Below, one piece after another: positions 55,400 to 64,000 of a stretch of DNA of 64,000 nt. Under the pieces are notes generated by a model, which was not told where the DNA came from, did not search any database, and saw nothing but the letters and a program-made list of their open reading frames with translations. Position 1 is the stretch's first letter; each line of letters starts with the position of its first letter. The stretch covers positions 4,981 to 68,980 of the forward strand of contig DASXCO010000059.1 in NCBI GenBank assembly GCA_036491125.1, given 5' to 3'. A program made the position numbers and the translations under genes. This stretch comes from Acidimicrobiales bacterium (GTDB taxonomy: Bacteria; Actinomycetota; Acidimicrobiia; Acidimicrobiales; AC-9).

Positions 55400-56068
55400 T
55401 CATCGGCCCAGCCGTCCTTCGGCCAGGTCCTCGGCCATGGCCCACCCGAAGGCGACGAGGCAGTCGTAGCGCTTCTCGGTCAACGGAGCGAAGAAGGCGG
55501 CGACGTCGGCGGGGCCCGACTTCAGGCTGCGATACTCGAGCACGCCGCCCGGCGAGCCCGTACCACCGAGGACGAAGGTGCGGTCATCGAGGCGCCCGTC
55601 GGCGCCGAAGCGCTTGGCCAGGCGACGACCCCACGCCCGCTCCTCGCCGGTGGGGCGGTGCTCGGGCCGGGGAACGACGTCGGCGAGGCCCCTGAAGGCG
55701 TCGAAGGCGCCGGGATCGGCCATGCGCGTCCCGACCAGCACGTCCTCGTCAGGGAACGCCAGCAGGGCCCGCCGGTACTGGTCACCCATCAGGGTGCGGA
55801 CAATCTGCTCCCGCTTGGACGTCGACTTCACCGAAGCCAGGCCGACCAGGAGAGACGGCGTCCCGCCGATTCGCTCGAGCGTGCAGAACGAGAACCCGGC
55901 CAGCCTGCCACCCTCTCGGGCCTGGGTGACCAGCACCCATTCGTCGCGCTGCTTGGAAAGGAACCCGACGTCGAAGCCCGCCGAGCCGTCGGCACAGATG
56001 TCGGCCATGTCGGCCAGCTCGGCGTCGCTCAGCGCGGTGCAGTCCTTGGTGTCGACCTCGATGGACAT
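55400..56068 (-). CDS. Hypothetical protein, possibly a GNAT-like fold
   Basis: 222 aa. LSDAELADMADICADG...WVLVTQAREGGRLAGFSFCTLERIGG resembles the N-terminal part of acyltransferase folds. The assignment is weak. The gene lies 39 nt upstream of the patatin gene. Confidence 0.5.
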   Translation of the reverse strand: MSIEVDTKDCTALSDAELADMADICADGSAGFDVGFLSKQRDEWVLVTQAREGGRLAGFSFCTLERIGGTPSLLVGLASVKSTSKREQIVRTLMGDQYRRALLAFPDEDVLVGTRMADPGAFDAFRGLADVVPRPEHRPTGEERAWGRRLAKRFGADGRLDDRTFVLGGTGSPGGVLEYRSLKSGPADVAAFFAPLTEKRYDCLVAFGWAMAEDLAEGRLGR

Positions 56069-56209
56069 GGCCTCTTGAGAACTCCCATTCGACCTGGTGC
56101 TTGACTACTTCCCCACCAGATTACGGGATGGCGCCCGGATCTGTCCCATGCGGGGCCCGCCCCTGGCCGGCCACACCACCGCCGCCGCCCGACCCTGTGA
56201 GCGTCGCGC

Positions 56210-59200
56210 TCAGGTGACGACGGCGTTGGGACCGAGGAGCACCCGCACCTCGGCGACCACGCCGGAGCGGGCATCCACGTTGAGCTCGTCCGGAAGACGA
56301 ATCACCTTCTCCCCCACGTGCAGGAACACCGGCGAAGGGCCGGGGTGATCGACCAACAGCTGCTTGAGGCCCTCCAGCAGCGAGTCGGTCAGGCTGGGCA
56401 GCGGGAGACAGATTCGCAGCGGCGGACCGTCGTCGGAGACCAGCTGGGGCCGGGTGAGGCCCATGCACACCAGCTTGGGCTGGTCGTCGCGCGTGTCGAT
56501 CCGACCCCTGACACACACCGCCACGTCCTCCTCGAGCAGGGCGCCGAACTGCCGCATGGCGCTCGGGAAGACGAAGGTCTCGATCGTGGCCTCCAGGTCC
56601 TCCAGCACGAACGTGGCCATGTGGTCACCACTCTTGGTGTACTTGCGCACCAGGTTGGTGACGACGCCTCCGACCACCCGAACTTCGCTGTCCCGACTGC
56701 CGTTGGCCCCCCCGGGCGCGAGCTCTCGCAGCTCGGTGATCGTGCAATCGGCGTGCTTGGCCAGCGCCGTCTCCATGCCCATGAGCGGATGGTCACTGAC
56801 ATACAGGCCGAGCATCTCCTTTTCGAACGACAGCCGCTGGGCCTTGTCGAACTCGACGTCGGGGATCGGAACCCTGGAGTCGTCGAATCCAAGCGTCGAC
56901 CCGCCGGCCCCGGCGTCTGGCCCGGAGCCGTTGCTGGTCCCGCCACCGGCGCCGCCGTCGTCCATGGTCGCGAACAAGCTCATGATGCCCAGTTCGGCCT
57001 CCCGCCGCCGGGCCAGGGTGCGGTCGACGACCTGTTCGAAGACGAGACACAAGCCTTTGCGCGGGTGGCCGAGCGAGTCGAAGGCTCCTGCCTTGACGAG
57101 GGACTCCACTGTTCGCTTGTTGAGCACCGCCGGGTCCACGCGGTCGCAGAAGTCGTAGAAGTCGCGGTAGGGGCCGCCCCGCTCCCGCTCGGCGACGACA
57201 TGGGCGACGAGGCCTTCGCCCACGTTGCGGATGGCCGACATCCCGAAGGGGATGGCACCCGACCCGTCCTCGGATTCAGGCTGGGCGATGAAGTCCGACG
57301 CCGAGAGGTTGACGTCGGGGACCAGCACCCGGATGTGACGGGCGCGGCACTCGCCGAGGTAGACCGCCGTACGGTCCTTGTCGTCCTTGACGCTGGTCAA
57401 CAGGGCAGCCATGTACTCGACCGGATAGTTGGCCTTGAGCCATGCGGTCTGATAGGCGACCAGGCCGTAGCCATACGAGTGGCTCTTGTTGAAGGCGTAG
57501 TCGGCGAACGGCTCGATGAGGTCGAACAGCGCCGTCCCCAGGGCCGCGCCGTAACCGGTGCGCTCGCAACCGGCCACGAACTGTTCCCGCTCGGCGGCGA
57601 TGAGAGCCCGTATTTTCTTCCCGCAGGCCTTACGGAGCCGGTCGGCCTCCGCCAGGCTGTAGCCCGCGAAGCGCTGCGCGACGCGCATCATGGACTCCTG
57701 GTAGATCATCAGCCCGTAGGTGTCCGCCAGGATCTCCTCGAGATCGGGGTGGAGGTAGGTGATGGGCTTGCGGCCGCACTTGCGGTCGGCGTAGTCGTTG
57801 TGCATGTTGGCGGCCATGGGGCCCGGCCGGTAGAGGGCCACGAGGGCGGCGACGTCCTCGAACCGGCTGGGGGCGAGCGACCGCATCAGCGTCCGCATCG
57901 GCGCACCCTCCAGCTGGAAGACCCCGACCGACCGTCCCTCCCTGAGCATGGCGAAGGTCGCCTCGTCGTCAGGAGGGAGCGCGTCGATGTCGGGCCGGTG
58001 GCCCCGTGAGCGCTCGACCAGATCGAGCGCCCGCTCGATCACGCTCAGGTTGCGCAAGCCGAGGAAGTCCATCTTGAGCAGGCCCAGCTCCTCGACGCCG
58101 TGCATCTCGTACTGGGTGACGATGGGCGCGTCCTCCGCCGCAGTGGAGGGATCGGGCTTGCGCTGGATCGGAAGGTGCTCGGTGAGTGGCTCGCGTGTGA
58201 TGACCACGGCGGCAGCGTGAATGCCCGCCTGACGACGCAGCCCCTCCAGTCCCTTGGCCACGTCGATCACCTGATGGGCGTCCGGATCGCTCTCGTACAT
58301 CTCCCGGAGACCGGTCGCCATCTTGTAGCCGTCCTCCTGACCCTCCTGACGCTCGAGGCACGCCCCCAGTGGAGTGTCACGGCCCATGACCAGCGGCGGC
58401 ATGGCCTTTGCGATCCTGTCCCCGACGGCGTAGGGATAGCCGAGCACCCGAGCGGCGTCTCGCACCGCGGCCCGAGCCTTGATGGTGGAGAAGGTCACGA
58501 TCTGGGCGACGTGGTCCCAGCCGTAGCGCTCGGCGGCGTAGCGGATCATCTCGCCCCGCCCGCGCTCGTCGAAGTCCATGTCGATATCGGGCATCTCCCG
58601 CCGGCCGGGATTGAGGAACCGCTCGAAGAGCAGGTCGTGGTGGATGGGATCGAGGTCGACGATACGTAGGCAGTAGGCGACGCAGCAGCCGGCGGCCGAT
58701 CCGCGGCCGGGCCCGACGCGGATGCCCGCAGATCGGGCGTGGCGGATGAGATCCCACACGACGAGGAAGTAGGCCGAGAAGCCCATCTCGGCGATGACGT
58801 CGAGCTCGAACTCGAGCCGCTCGACCACCGCCGTGGGGATCGGCCGCCCGTACCGCTCCTGGGCGCCCGTCATGCTCAGGTGGCGAAGGTAGGCGGCACC
58901 GGCCGCCTCACCGCCGCCGGCGGAGAACTCCTGGGGCACGGGGAACTCGGGAAGCTTGGGCTTGCCGAACTCGATGTCGACCGCGGCACGCTCGGCGACC
59001 CAGAGCGTGTTGTCGCAGGCGTCGGGCCAGTCCCGAAACAGCTCGCGCATCTCCGCCGCCGGCTTCAGGTAGTGCTCCTCGCCCTCGAAACGGAACCGCT
59101 TGGGGTCGTCGCGCATCGCGCCGGTTTGGACGCAGAGGAGGGCGTCGTGGGCCATCGCGTCGGACCGGTGCGTGTAGTGGCTGTCGTTGGTGGCGAGCAA

Positions 59201-59857
59201 CGGCGCCCCCAGATTGCGGGCGATGTCGATCAGGCTGGAGTTGGTCTTGCGCTGCTGCTCCAGACCGTGATCCTGGAGCTCGACGAAGAGGTTCTCGCGA
59301 CCGAAGATGTCCTGGAGTCGCCCGGTCAGCGCCGTGGCGCCGGCCAGGTCGCCCCGCTGGAGCGTCTGGAGGACGACCCCTCCGAGGCACCCGGTCGTGG
59401 CGATGACGCCGTCGTGGTGGCGCTCGAGCAGCTCCCAGTCGAGACGGGGCTGGTAGTAGTAGCCCTCGAGGTAGGCGGCGCTCGAGAGCTGCATGAGGTT
59501 GCGGTAGCCCTGGGTGGACTCGGCCAGGAGCGTGAGGTGGTAGTAGAGCTTCTCCCCTCCGTCCACGTCACCACCGGTGTCGTCCACCCGGCCCCGCCGC
59601 ACCGGCCGCTCGTGACGACTGGTGGCCGCCATGTAGGCCTCGATCCCGACGATGGGCACGACCCCCTGGGACTGGCACTCCTTGTAGAAGTCGAGGACGC
59701 CGTACATGTTGCCGTGGTCGGTGATGGCGAGCGCTGGCTGTCCGTCGGCGACGGCCGCCGCCACCAGGTCCTTCACCCGGGCGGCCCCGTCGAGCATGGA
59801 GAACTCGGTGTGCACGTGAAGATGCGCGAACGAGTCCCCTCCAGTTCCGCCCGCCAC
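56210..59857 (-). CDS. dnaE: DNA polymerase III alpha subunit
   Basis: PHP motif FAHLHVHTEFSMLDGA, then polymerase core, HhH and OB domains. The GTG at 59857 is preceded by GGAGG at a 5-nt spacing. The ORF-track GTG at 59923 is the alternative. Confidence 0.95.
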   Translation of the reverse strand: MAGGTGGDSFAHLHVHTEFSMLDGAARVKDLVAAAVADGQPALAITDHGNMYGVLDFYKECQSQGVVPIVGIEAYMAATSRHERPVRRGRVDDTGGDVDGGEKLYYHLTLLAESTQGYRNLMQLSSAAYLEGYYYQPRLDWELLERHHDGVIATTGCLGGVVLQTLQRGDLAGATALTGRLQDIFGRENLFVELQDHGLEQQRKTNSSLIDIARNLGAPLLATNDSHYTHRSDAMAHDALLCVQTGAMRDDPKRFRFEGEEHYLKPAAEMRELFRDWPDACDNTLWVAERAAVDIEFGKPKLPEFPVPQEFSAGGGEAAGAAYLRHLSMTGAQERYGRPIPTAVVERLEFELDVIAEMGFSAYFLVVWDLIRHARSAGIRVGPGRGSAAGCCVAYCLRIVDLDPIHHDLLFERFLNPGRREMPDIDMDFDERGRGEMIRYAAERYGWDHVAQIVTFSTIKARAAVRDAARVLGYPYAVGDRIAKAMPPLVMGRDTPLGACLERQEGQEDGYKMATGLREMYESDPDAHQVIDVAKGLEGLRRQAGIHAAAVVITREPLTEHLPIQRKPDPSTAAEDAPIVTQYEMHGVEELGLLKMDFLGLRNLSVIERALDLVERSRGHRPDIDALPPDDEATFAMLREGRSVGVFQLEGAPMRTLMRSLAPSRFEDVAALVALYRPGPMAANMHNDYADRKCGRKPITYLHPDLEEILADTYGLMIYQESMMRVAQRFAGYSLAEADRLRKACGKKIRALIAAEREQFVAGCERTGYGAALGTALFDLIEPFADYAFNKSHSYGYGLVAYQTAWLKANYPVEYMAALLTSVKDDKDRTAVYLGECRARHIRVLVPDVNLSASDFIAQPESEDGSGAIPFGMSAIRNVGEGLVAHVVAERERGGPYRDFYDFCDRVDPAVLNKRTVESLVKAGAFDSLGHPRKGLCLVFEQVVDRTLARRREAELGIMSLFATMDDGGAGGGTSNGSGPDAGAGGSTLGFDDSRVPIPDVEFDKAQRLSFEKEMLGLYVSDHPLMGMETALAKHADCTITELRELAPGGANGSRDSEVRVVGGVVTNLVRKYTKSGDHMATFVLEDLEATIETFVFPSAMRQFGALLEEDVAVCVRGRIDTRDDQPKLVCMGLTRPQLVSDDGPPLRICLPLPSLTDSLLEGLKQLLVDHPGPSPVFLHVGEKVIRLPDELNVDARSGVVAEVRVLLGPNAVVT

Positions 59858-60044
59858 GCGCACCTCCTCTACTCGAGCCCCGTTGTCCACACCCTGTGGA
59901 TGAGTTACACCGCTGTCATTCACCCTATCGCTTTTCCGCGCGACCTCGCCGCCCGGATGGTCCTCTCTCTGGATCCGTTTGGGCGACGGGCTCCGCCCGA
60001 GGGTCGCTCTCGCCCGCGGTCCTCACCGCACCCAGCGCGTCCGA

Positions 60045-60569
60045 CTAAAGGTAGGTACCGGGCCGGGAGGATGGCGCGTCCTCGGCTCCCGGGGGGAGCT
60101 GGCGGCGCCGCATCTCGTCCAGCTGCGACCGGGCGTTCACCTGTTGCGCGAACAAGGTCGCCTGGATGCCCTGGAACAGTCCCTCCAGCCAGCCCACGAG
60201 CTGGGCCTGGGCGACCCGCAGTTCGGCCTCGCTCGGTGTGCTGGGCTCGAACGGATGCGAGATGCGGTCGAGCTCGGCGGCCAGATCGGGCGAGAGCCCG
60301 TCGCTCAGCTCCCGCACCGAGGTGTCGTAGATCTCGCGGAGACGGGTCCGGCTCTTCTCGTCCAGGGGAGCCTGGCGCACCTCCTCGAGGAGCTGGCGGA
60401 TCATCGAGCCGATGCGCATGACCTTGGCCGGCTGGGCGACCGTCTCGGTCGACTCGACGGAGCCACCGGCCCCGCCGGATGCCTGGTTCGCCTCCGCCGT
60501 CGCGCTTTCCTTGGCGTCCGGAGGCACGACGACCACCTGCGGGGGACCTTCGGGTGTGTCAGGAGCCAT
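60045..60569 (-). CDS. bpa: Bacterial proteasome activator (Bpa/PafE, DUF2587)-like protein
   Basis: 174 aa. It has a helical core (MIRQLLEEVRQAPLDE..., AELRVAQAQLVGWLEGLFQGIQ), a disordered C-terminal tail, and ends in GTYL (compare the GQYL proteasome-docking motif of M. tuberculosis Bpa). Confidence 0.7.
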   Translation of the reverse strand: MAPDTPEGPPQVVVVPPDAKESATAEANQASGGAGGSVESTETVAQPAKVMRIGSMIRQLLEEVRQAPLDEKSRTRLREIYDTSVRELSDGLSPDLAAELDRISHPFEPSTPSEAELRVAQAQLVGWLEGLFQGIQATLFAQQVNARSQLDEMRRRQLPPGAEDAPSSRPGTYL

Positions 60570-60589
60570 GAGACGATCCTTACCTCGGA

Positions 60590-61747
60590 TCAGGCCTGGA
60601 GCGCCAGCAGCGGTACCAACATCTCGGCCGAGGTCAACGAGCCGTGCCGGCTGACGAGGCTGACCTCACCGGTGTCCGCGGGGTCCAGGAAGGCGACGGG
60701 AGCACGCGCGACCACGGCGACGTCGCCGAGGCGCTGCTCGACCTCGGGAACGGGAATCCCTCCGAGCCACCCCTCGGCCAGCACCTGCTGCCGGGTGCGC
60801 ACCCAGGCCACGTGGCCGTACTCCGCCGTCGCCTGCTCGGCCAGACGATCGATTCTCCCGGGCCGTGCGTGCAACCAGCGGAAACGGCCCTCTCCTGACA
60901 GCAGCGTCACCTCCGCCATGATCTCGGGCGACAAGGTGATCGTGTCGTCGCCGACGTCCACCTGACCGTGGTCGGAGGTGACCAGCAGGGCCGCGCCGGC
61001 CGGCAGTACGGCCAGGACATCGGCCACAAGATGGTCCGCGGCTGCCACCTCGGCCTCGTAGTGGGCGTCCAGCCCCCACTCGTGGGCGACCTTGTCGATG
61101 CCGTCGTAGTAGGCGTAGACGAGGGGCTCGCCGTCCGCCAGCAGACGAGACACCTCGACCGACAGGGTCGACGGCATACGCCATCCTCGGATCGGAGATC
61201 CGGCGAGGTGGGCCGCGGTGAAGCCGGTGCTGGCGAACTCCGCCCGCGTGACGGCCGGGACCCCCCTGCCGGCGAAGGCTGGTGCCGGCTGGAAGACGGC
61301 CGGGCGCACCTTGGTCCGGGCGTCTCCAGACTCGGTCCTCCAGCGCAGGACGTTCATCACCTCGCCCTCGCCCACGTGCACCCGGTAGCCGACCACGCCG
61401 TGCTCCGCCGGGGTCAGGCCCGTCGTGATGGACGTCAGAGCCGTCGCCGTCGTGGTCGGCACGACCGAGGTGATGGGTCCTCCCATCAGGCTGCCGATCG
61501 TGGGGGTCAGGTGCGGCCGGGCCAGCAGCTGCTCCCAGCCGAAGCCGTCGAGCACCAGCAGGACCAGCTGGCTCGCCGCCCGCACCGGCTCGGGGATCCA
61601 CGGGGGAGGCTCGTGACGGTCACGGTCCAGCAGGGCGCCCACGAGGCCGGTCAGACAGGGTCCTCCATACGTCGGAAGCACCGGACTCGGAGCCGACGGC
61701 GCTGGCTGCGGCGGGCCGCCGGCGAGGGCGGCGTCATCCGGCCGCAT
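60590..61747 (-). CDS. Alkaline phosphatase-superfamily protein (nucleotide pyrophosphatase/phosphodiesterase-like)
   Basis: Motifs LVLLVLDGFGWEQL, VVPTTTATALTSITTG and LVTSDHG. The start was set to the ATG at 61747, because the longer ORF overlaps the rrf2 start region. Confidence 0.75.
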   Translation of the reverse strand: MRPDDAALAGGPPQPAPSAPSPVLPTYGGPCLTGLVGALLDRDRHEPPPWIPEPVRAASQLVLLVLDGFGWEQLLARPHLTPTIGSLMGGPITSVVPTTTATALTSITTGLTPAEHGVVGYRVHVGEGEVMNVLRWRTESGDARTKVRPAVFQPAPAFAGRGVPAVTRAEFASTGFTAAHLAGSPIRGWRMPSTLSVEVSRLLADGEPLVYAYYDGIDKVAHEWGLDAHYEAEVAAADHLVADVLAVLPAGAALLVTSDHGQVDVGDDTITLSPEIMAEVTLLSGEGRFRWLHARPGRIDRLAEQATAEYGHVAWVRTRQQVLAEGWLGGIPVPEVEQRLGDVAVVARAPVAFLDPADTGEVSLVSRHGSLTSAEMLVPLLALQA

Positions 61748-61804
61748 CGCGCTCGGAGTCGGCTCGGCCTCCACTACAGCGACCTTACGCCCAGGCGCCC
61801 TACC

Positions 61805-62260
61805 ATGGAATACGTGAAGGTCTCGACGAGGGGTGACTACGCCAGCCGGGCGCTGCTGTCGCTGGCGCTGCACACCGCCGAGGACGGACCGACCTCGGTA
61901 CGCGATCTCGCCGATCGCACCGGCCTACCCCAGCCCTATCTCGAGCAGATCCTGCTGGCCCTGAAGGGCGCCGGCCTGGTGCGTTCCAAGCGGGGCGTGG
62001 GCGGGGGCTATGTCCTGGCCCGCTCGGCCGACGAGATCACCCTCGGCCAGATCGTCAGCGCCGTCGACGGCCCCATCGTGGCGGGCGACTTCGGCGCGCC
62101 CCACCAGAACGGCGCCTGCGACCACGAGGGCCAGTGCGTGCTGCTGGGGGTGTGGTCAGAGGTCGGCAAGCACATGCGATCCCACCTCGACTCCTTCACC
62201 CTCGCCGACATGGTCACCCGATCCCGGGGGTGGGCTGCCCCCCTCGCCCCGCTCACCTGA
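61805..62260 (+). CDS. Rrf2-family transcriptional regulator
   Basis: Motifs MEYVKVSTRGDYASRALLSLAL and LPQPYLEQILLALKGAGLVRSKRGVGGGY. A Cys/His cluster reads HQNGACDHEGQC. Confidence 0.85.
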   Translation: MEYVKVSTRGDYASRALLSLALHTAEDGPTSVRDLADRTGLPQPYLEQILLALKGAGLVRSKRGVGGGYVLARSADEITLGQIVSAVDGPIVAGDFGAPHQNGACDHEGQCVLLGVWSEVGKHMRSHLDSFTLADMVTRSRGWAAPLAPLT

Positions 62261-62273
62261 CCGGCGCTGCCCG

Positions 62274-62831
62274 CTAGGGAGCTTCGTTCCACAAGCGGAT
62301 CACGGGTACCTCCCGCTCGTACCCGAGGACGCTGATCGTGGCGGGATCCAGGGCCAGGCAGCTGCCCGCCTCCGGGCCCAGGCCCACCCAGCGGGCCGCC
62401 AGCGTCCGCAGGATGTGGCCGTGGGAGAAGCAGATGACGTCTTCGGGGATCTCCCGGAGCATGGCGATGAGCCGGTCGGCTCGCTCAGTCACGTCCGAGG
62501 GCCGCTCACCTTCGGGCGCGCCGTCCCGCCACAGCAGCCAGCCCGGTCGCTCGGCGCGGATGTCGTCGGTCGTCCGTCCCTCGTAGGCGCCGTAGTCCCA
62601 CTCCACCAGGTCCTCGCAGGGCTCGCCCTCACCCATCCCCGCCAGTCGGCATGTCTCCGCCGCCCGGGAAAGCGGGCTCGTGAGCACCCGAGCGAACCGC
62701 CGATCGGCGAGCTTGATGCCGACCTGCTTGGCCTGTTGACGCCCCCCTTCGGTCAGCGGCACCTCCGTGCGCCCGGTATGACGCCCGGACCGGCTCCAGT
62801 CCGTCTCGCCGTGGCGGACGAGGGTGATCAT
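62274..62831 (-). CDS. Histidine phosphatase (phosphoglycerate mutase-like) family protein
   Basis: Motifs MITLVRHGETDWS and FSHGHILR. The ATG at 62831 overlaps the upstream stop (ATGA). Confidence 0.85.
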   Translation of the reverse strand: MITLVRHGETDWSRSGRHTGRTEVPLTEGGRQQAKQVGIKLADRRFARVLTSPLSRAAETCRLAGMGEGEPCEDLVEWDYGAYEGRTTDDIRAERPGWLLWRDGAPEGERPSDVTERADRLIAMLREIPEDVICFSHGHILRTLAARWVGLGPEAGSCLALDPATISVLGYEREVPVIRLWNEAP

Positions 62832-63916
62832 CAGTTCGCCCTCCTGGGGGTGAGCGGCGGGCTGGCCTGCTGGACCGATCGGCTGCCGTCGCCCTGCGGG
62901 TCGGTCTGGCCGTCGGGCCGCTGCTGGCGCACGGCCCACGGATGGTGCTTGCCGTGGCGGCGGCCCCGACGCTGCTGCAGGGCAAGGTAGCCCCAGGAGA
63001 TCCAGCCGAGGGGCACGACGCCCCAGAAGCTCACGATGCGGTACAGCAACACGATGGCCACGGCCTCACTGGCGCTCTGCCCGTAGGCGATCAGGGCGAA
63101 GGTCAGGCTCCCCTCGACGACCCCGATGCCGCCTGGGGTGATCGGCAGGCTGGCGGAGATCTGGGCCAGGGCGTAGGCGACGAGCACGCCCCGCCAGTGC
63201 ACGTGGGCGCCGAGGGCCAGGGTGCAGGCGATGAGGGTGGCGCAGTTGCAGAGCCAGTTGGCCATGGCGAGCGCGAAGGCCACCAGCCAGCCCCAGAGCC
63301 CCGGTCGGACCCGCCGCACCTGGGACCAGAAGAGGCGGAGCACGGCGGCCATCCGACTCCCCTCGGGGACGAGCCGCTCGGTCGACCCCAGCAGCGTGGC
63401 CCACTGCCGCCGGGCCCAAGACGAGTAGCGCACGGCCAGGCCGACGGCAACGGCGAGCAGCGGGATGGCAGCGAGGGCAACGGCGAGCCATCGCAGGCTG
63501 GCGACCGGGCCCTGCCTGCCGGCCACCCAGACGCCGCTGGCCAGGATGCAGAACAGGGCAAAGCTCGCCAGGGCACCGGCGACGAGAATCACCCACTCGG
63601 CGAGGACCCGGTCGGCACCGCGGCGCCGGAGCTGCTCGTAGGCGAAGACCGCCGCCCACGCCGCGCCGCCGGGCAGCGTCACCGCCAGCGAATTGCCGGC
63701 CAGCGTGATCTCGAACAGCGCACCGAAGCCCAGGCGCACGCCGCCGGCGCGAAGCAGCCAGCGCTGGAGCCTGGCGAACACGACGAGCGATGCGAGCTCG
63801 AAGACGATGGCGACGACCAGCCAGCCCCAGCGAATGTGCTCCAGCAGGGCCGCACCCTGCTCGAGCCGCTTGGTCTGGGTGCTCGCGGCCACCACGGCGG
63901 CGATCAGGATGGCCAC
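62831..63916 (-). CDS. Lysylphosphatidylglycerol-synthase TM-region-like (UPF0104) integral membrane protein
   Basis: Polytopic. WLVVAIVFELASLVVFARLQRWLLRAGG and LAGNSLAVTLPGGAAWAAVFAYEQLRRRG are typical of the family. The start may lie further upstream, toward the window edge. Confidence 0.7.
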   Translation of the reverse strand: MAILIAAVVAASTQTKRLEQGAALLEHIRWGWLVVAIVFELASLVVFARLQRWLLRAGGVRLGFGALFEITLAGNSLAVTLPGGAAWAAVFAYEQLRRRGADRVLAEWVILVAGALASFALFCILASGVWVAGRQGPVASLRWLAVALAAIPLLAVAVGLAVRYSSWARRQWATLLGSTERLVPEGSRMAAVLRLFWSQVRRVRPGLWGWLVAFALAMANWLCNCATLIACTLALGAHVHWRGVLVAYALAQISASLPITPGGIGVVEGSLTFALIAYGQSASEAVAIVLLYRIVSFWGVVPLGWISWGYLALQQRRGRRHGKHHPWAVRQQRPDGQTDPQGDGSRSVQQASPPLTPRRAN

Positions 63917-64000
63917 AGCCAGGATCCTGCGGACCCACTTCGCCCAGGCCCGCCCTCGGCCTGGCCGGGCGCCGTCGTCCGGCGACGTCTCGGCGGGTGG

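Noticed and set aside
54332-56068. Patatin locus considered as a CBASS-like anti-phage system
   Set aside because: No nucleotidyltransferase or cyclase, SAVED/STING-type sensor or other defence-associated gene is adjacent. The upstream 222-aa protein lacks the GS...DxD cyclase signature.

Overview
This is a very GC-rich chromosomal segment (roughly 70% by eye) with actinobacterial gene content and order; the taxon is an inference. No rRNA, tRNA, CRISPR array or mobile element was found. Positions 624-31522 form one uninterrupted minus-strand block of 34 mostly housekeeping genes in the classic actinobacterial order: nfu-like, D-Ala-D-Ala carboxypeptidase, prepilin-peptidase-like, aroC-aroK-aroB-aroQ, pepQ, efp, nusB, pyrR-pyrB-pyrC-carA-carB-pyrD-pyrF, mihF, gmk, rpoZ, coaBC, metK, priA, def, fmt, rsmB, rpe, mog, ribD-ribE-ribBA-ribH, hisG and a csp-like gene. 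Many of these genes share 1-4 nt stop/start overlaps. The least ordinary region is 31.5-38.2 kb. It holds an ATP-grasp ligase, a B12-domain-like radical SAM enzyme ending in a FCCAEP tail, and an 8-Cys YkgJ-like protein, set head-to-head (9 bp between start codons) with an Nfu-type Fe-S carrier. Next come two small divergent ORFs, then an XRE regulator translationally coupled to a degenerate ClpP paralogue, then a canonical orphan clpP coupled to a zinc-ribbon::FMN-reductase fusion, and then ftsH. The remainder (38-64 kb) is mixed-strand core and accessory genes: GH13 alpha-glucosidase, RNase D, a DUF3224-MarR operon, putA, tyrS, TetR, a DUF255 thioredoxin-domain protein, a patatin operon, dnaE, a Bpa-like proteasome activator, Rrf2 and others. 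Sequence-level structures not explained by genes are: a 51-bp tandem hairpin array between priA and def; an in-frame 30-bp duplication in coaBC; a 10-bp x4 repeat upstream of aroC; a PyrR-type leader with a canonical U-tailed terminator; and several palindromic operator candidates. All calls come from reading the ORF track and the sequence by eye. No searches were run, and most start codons were refined by hand and remain uncertain.
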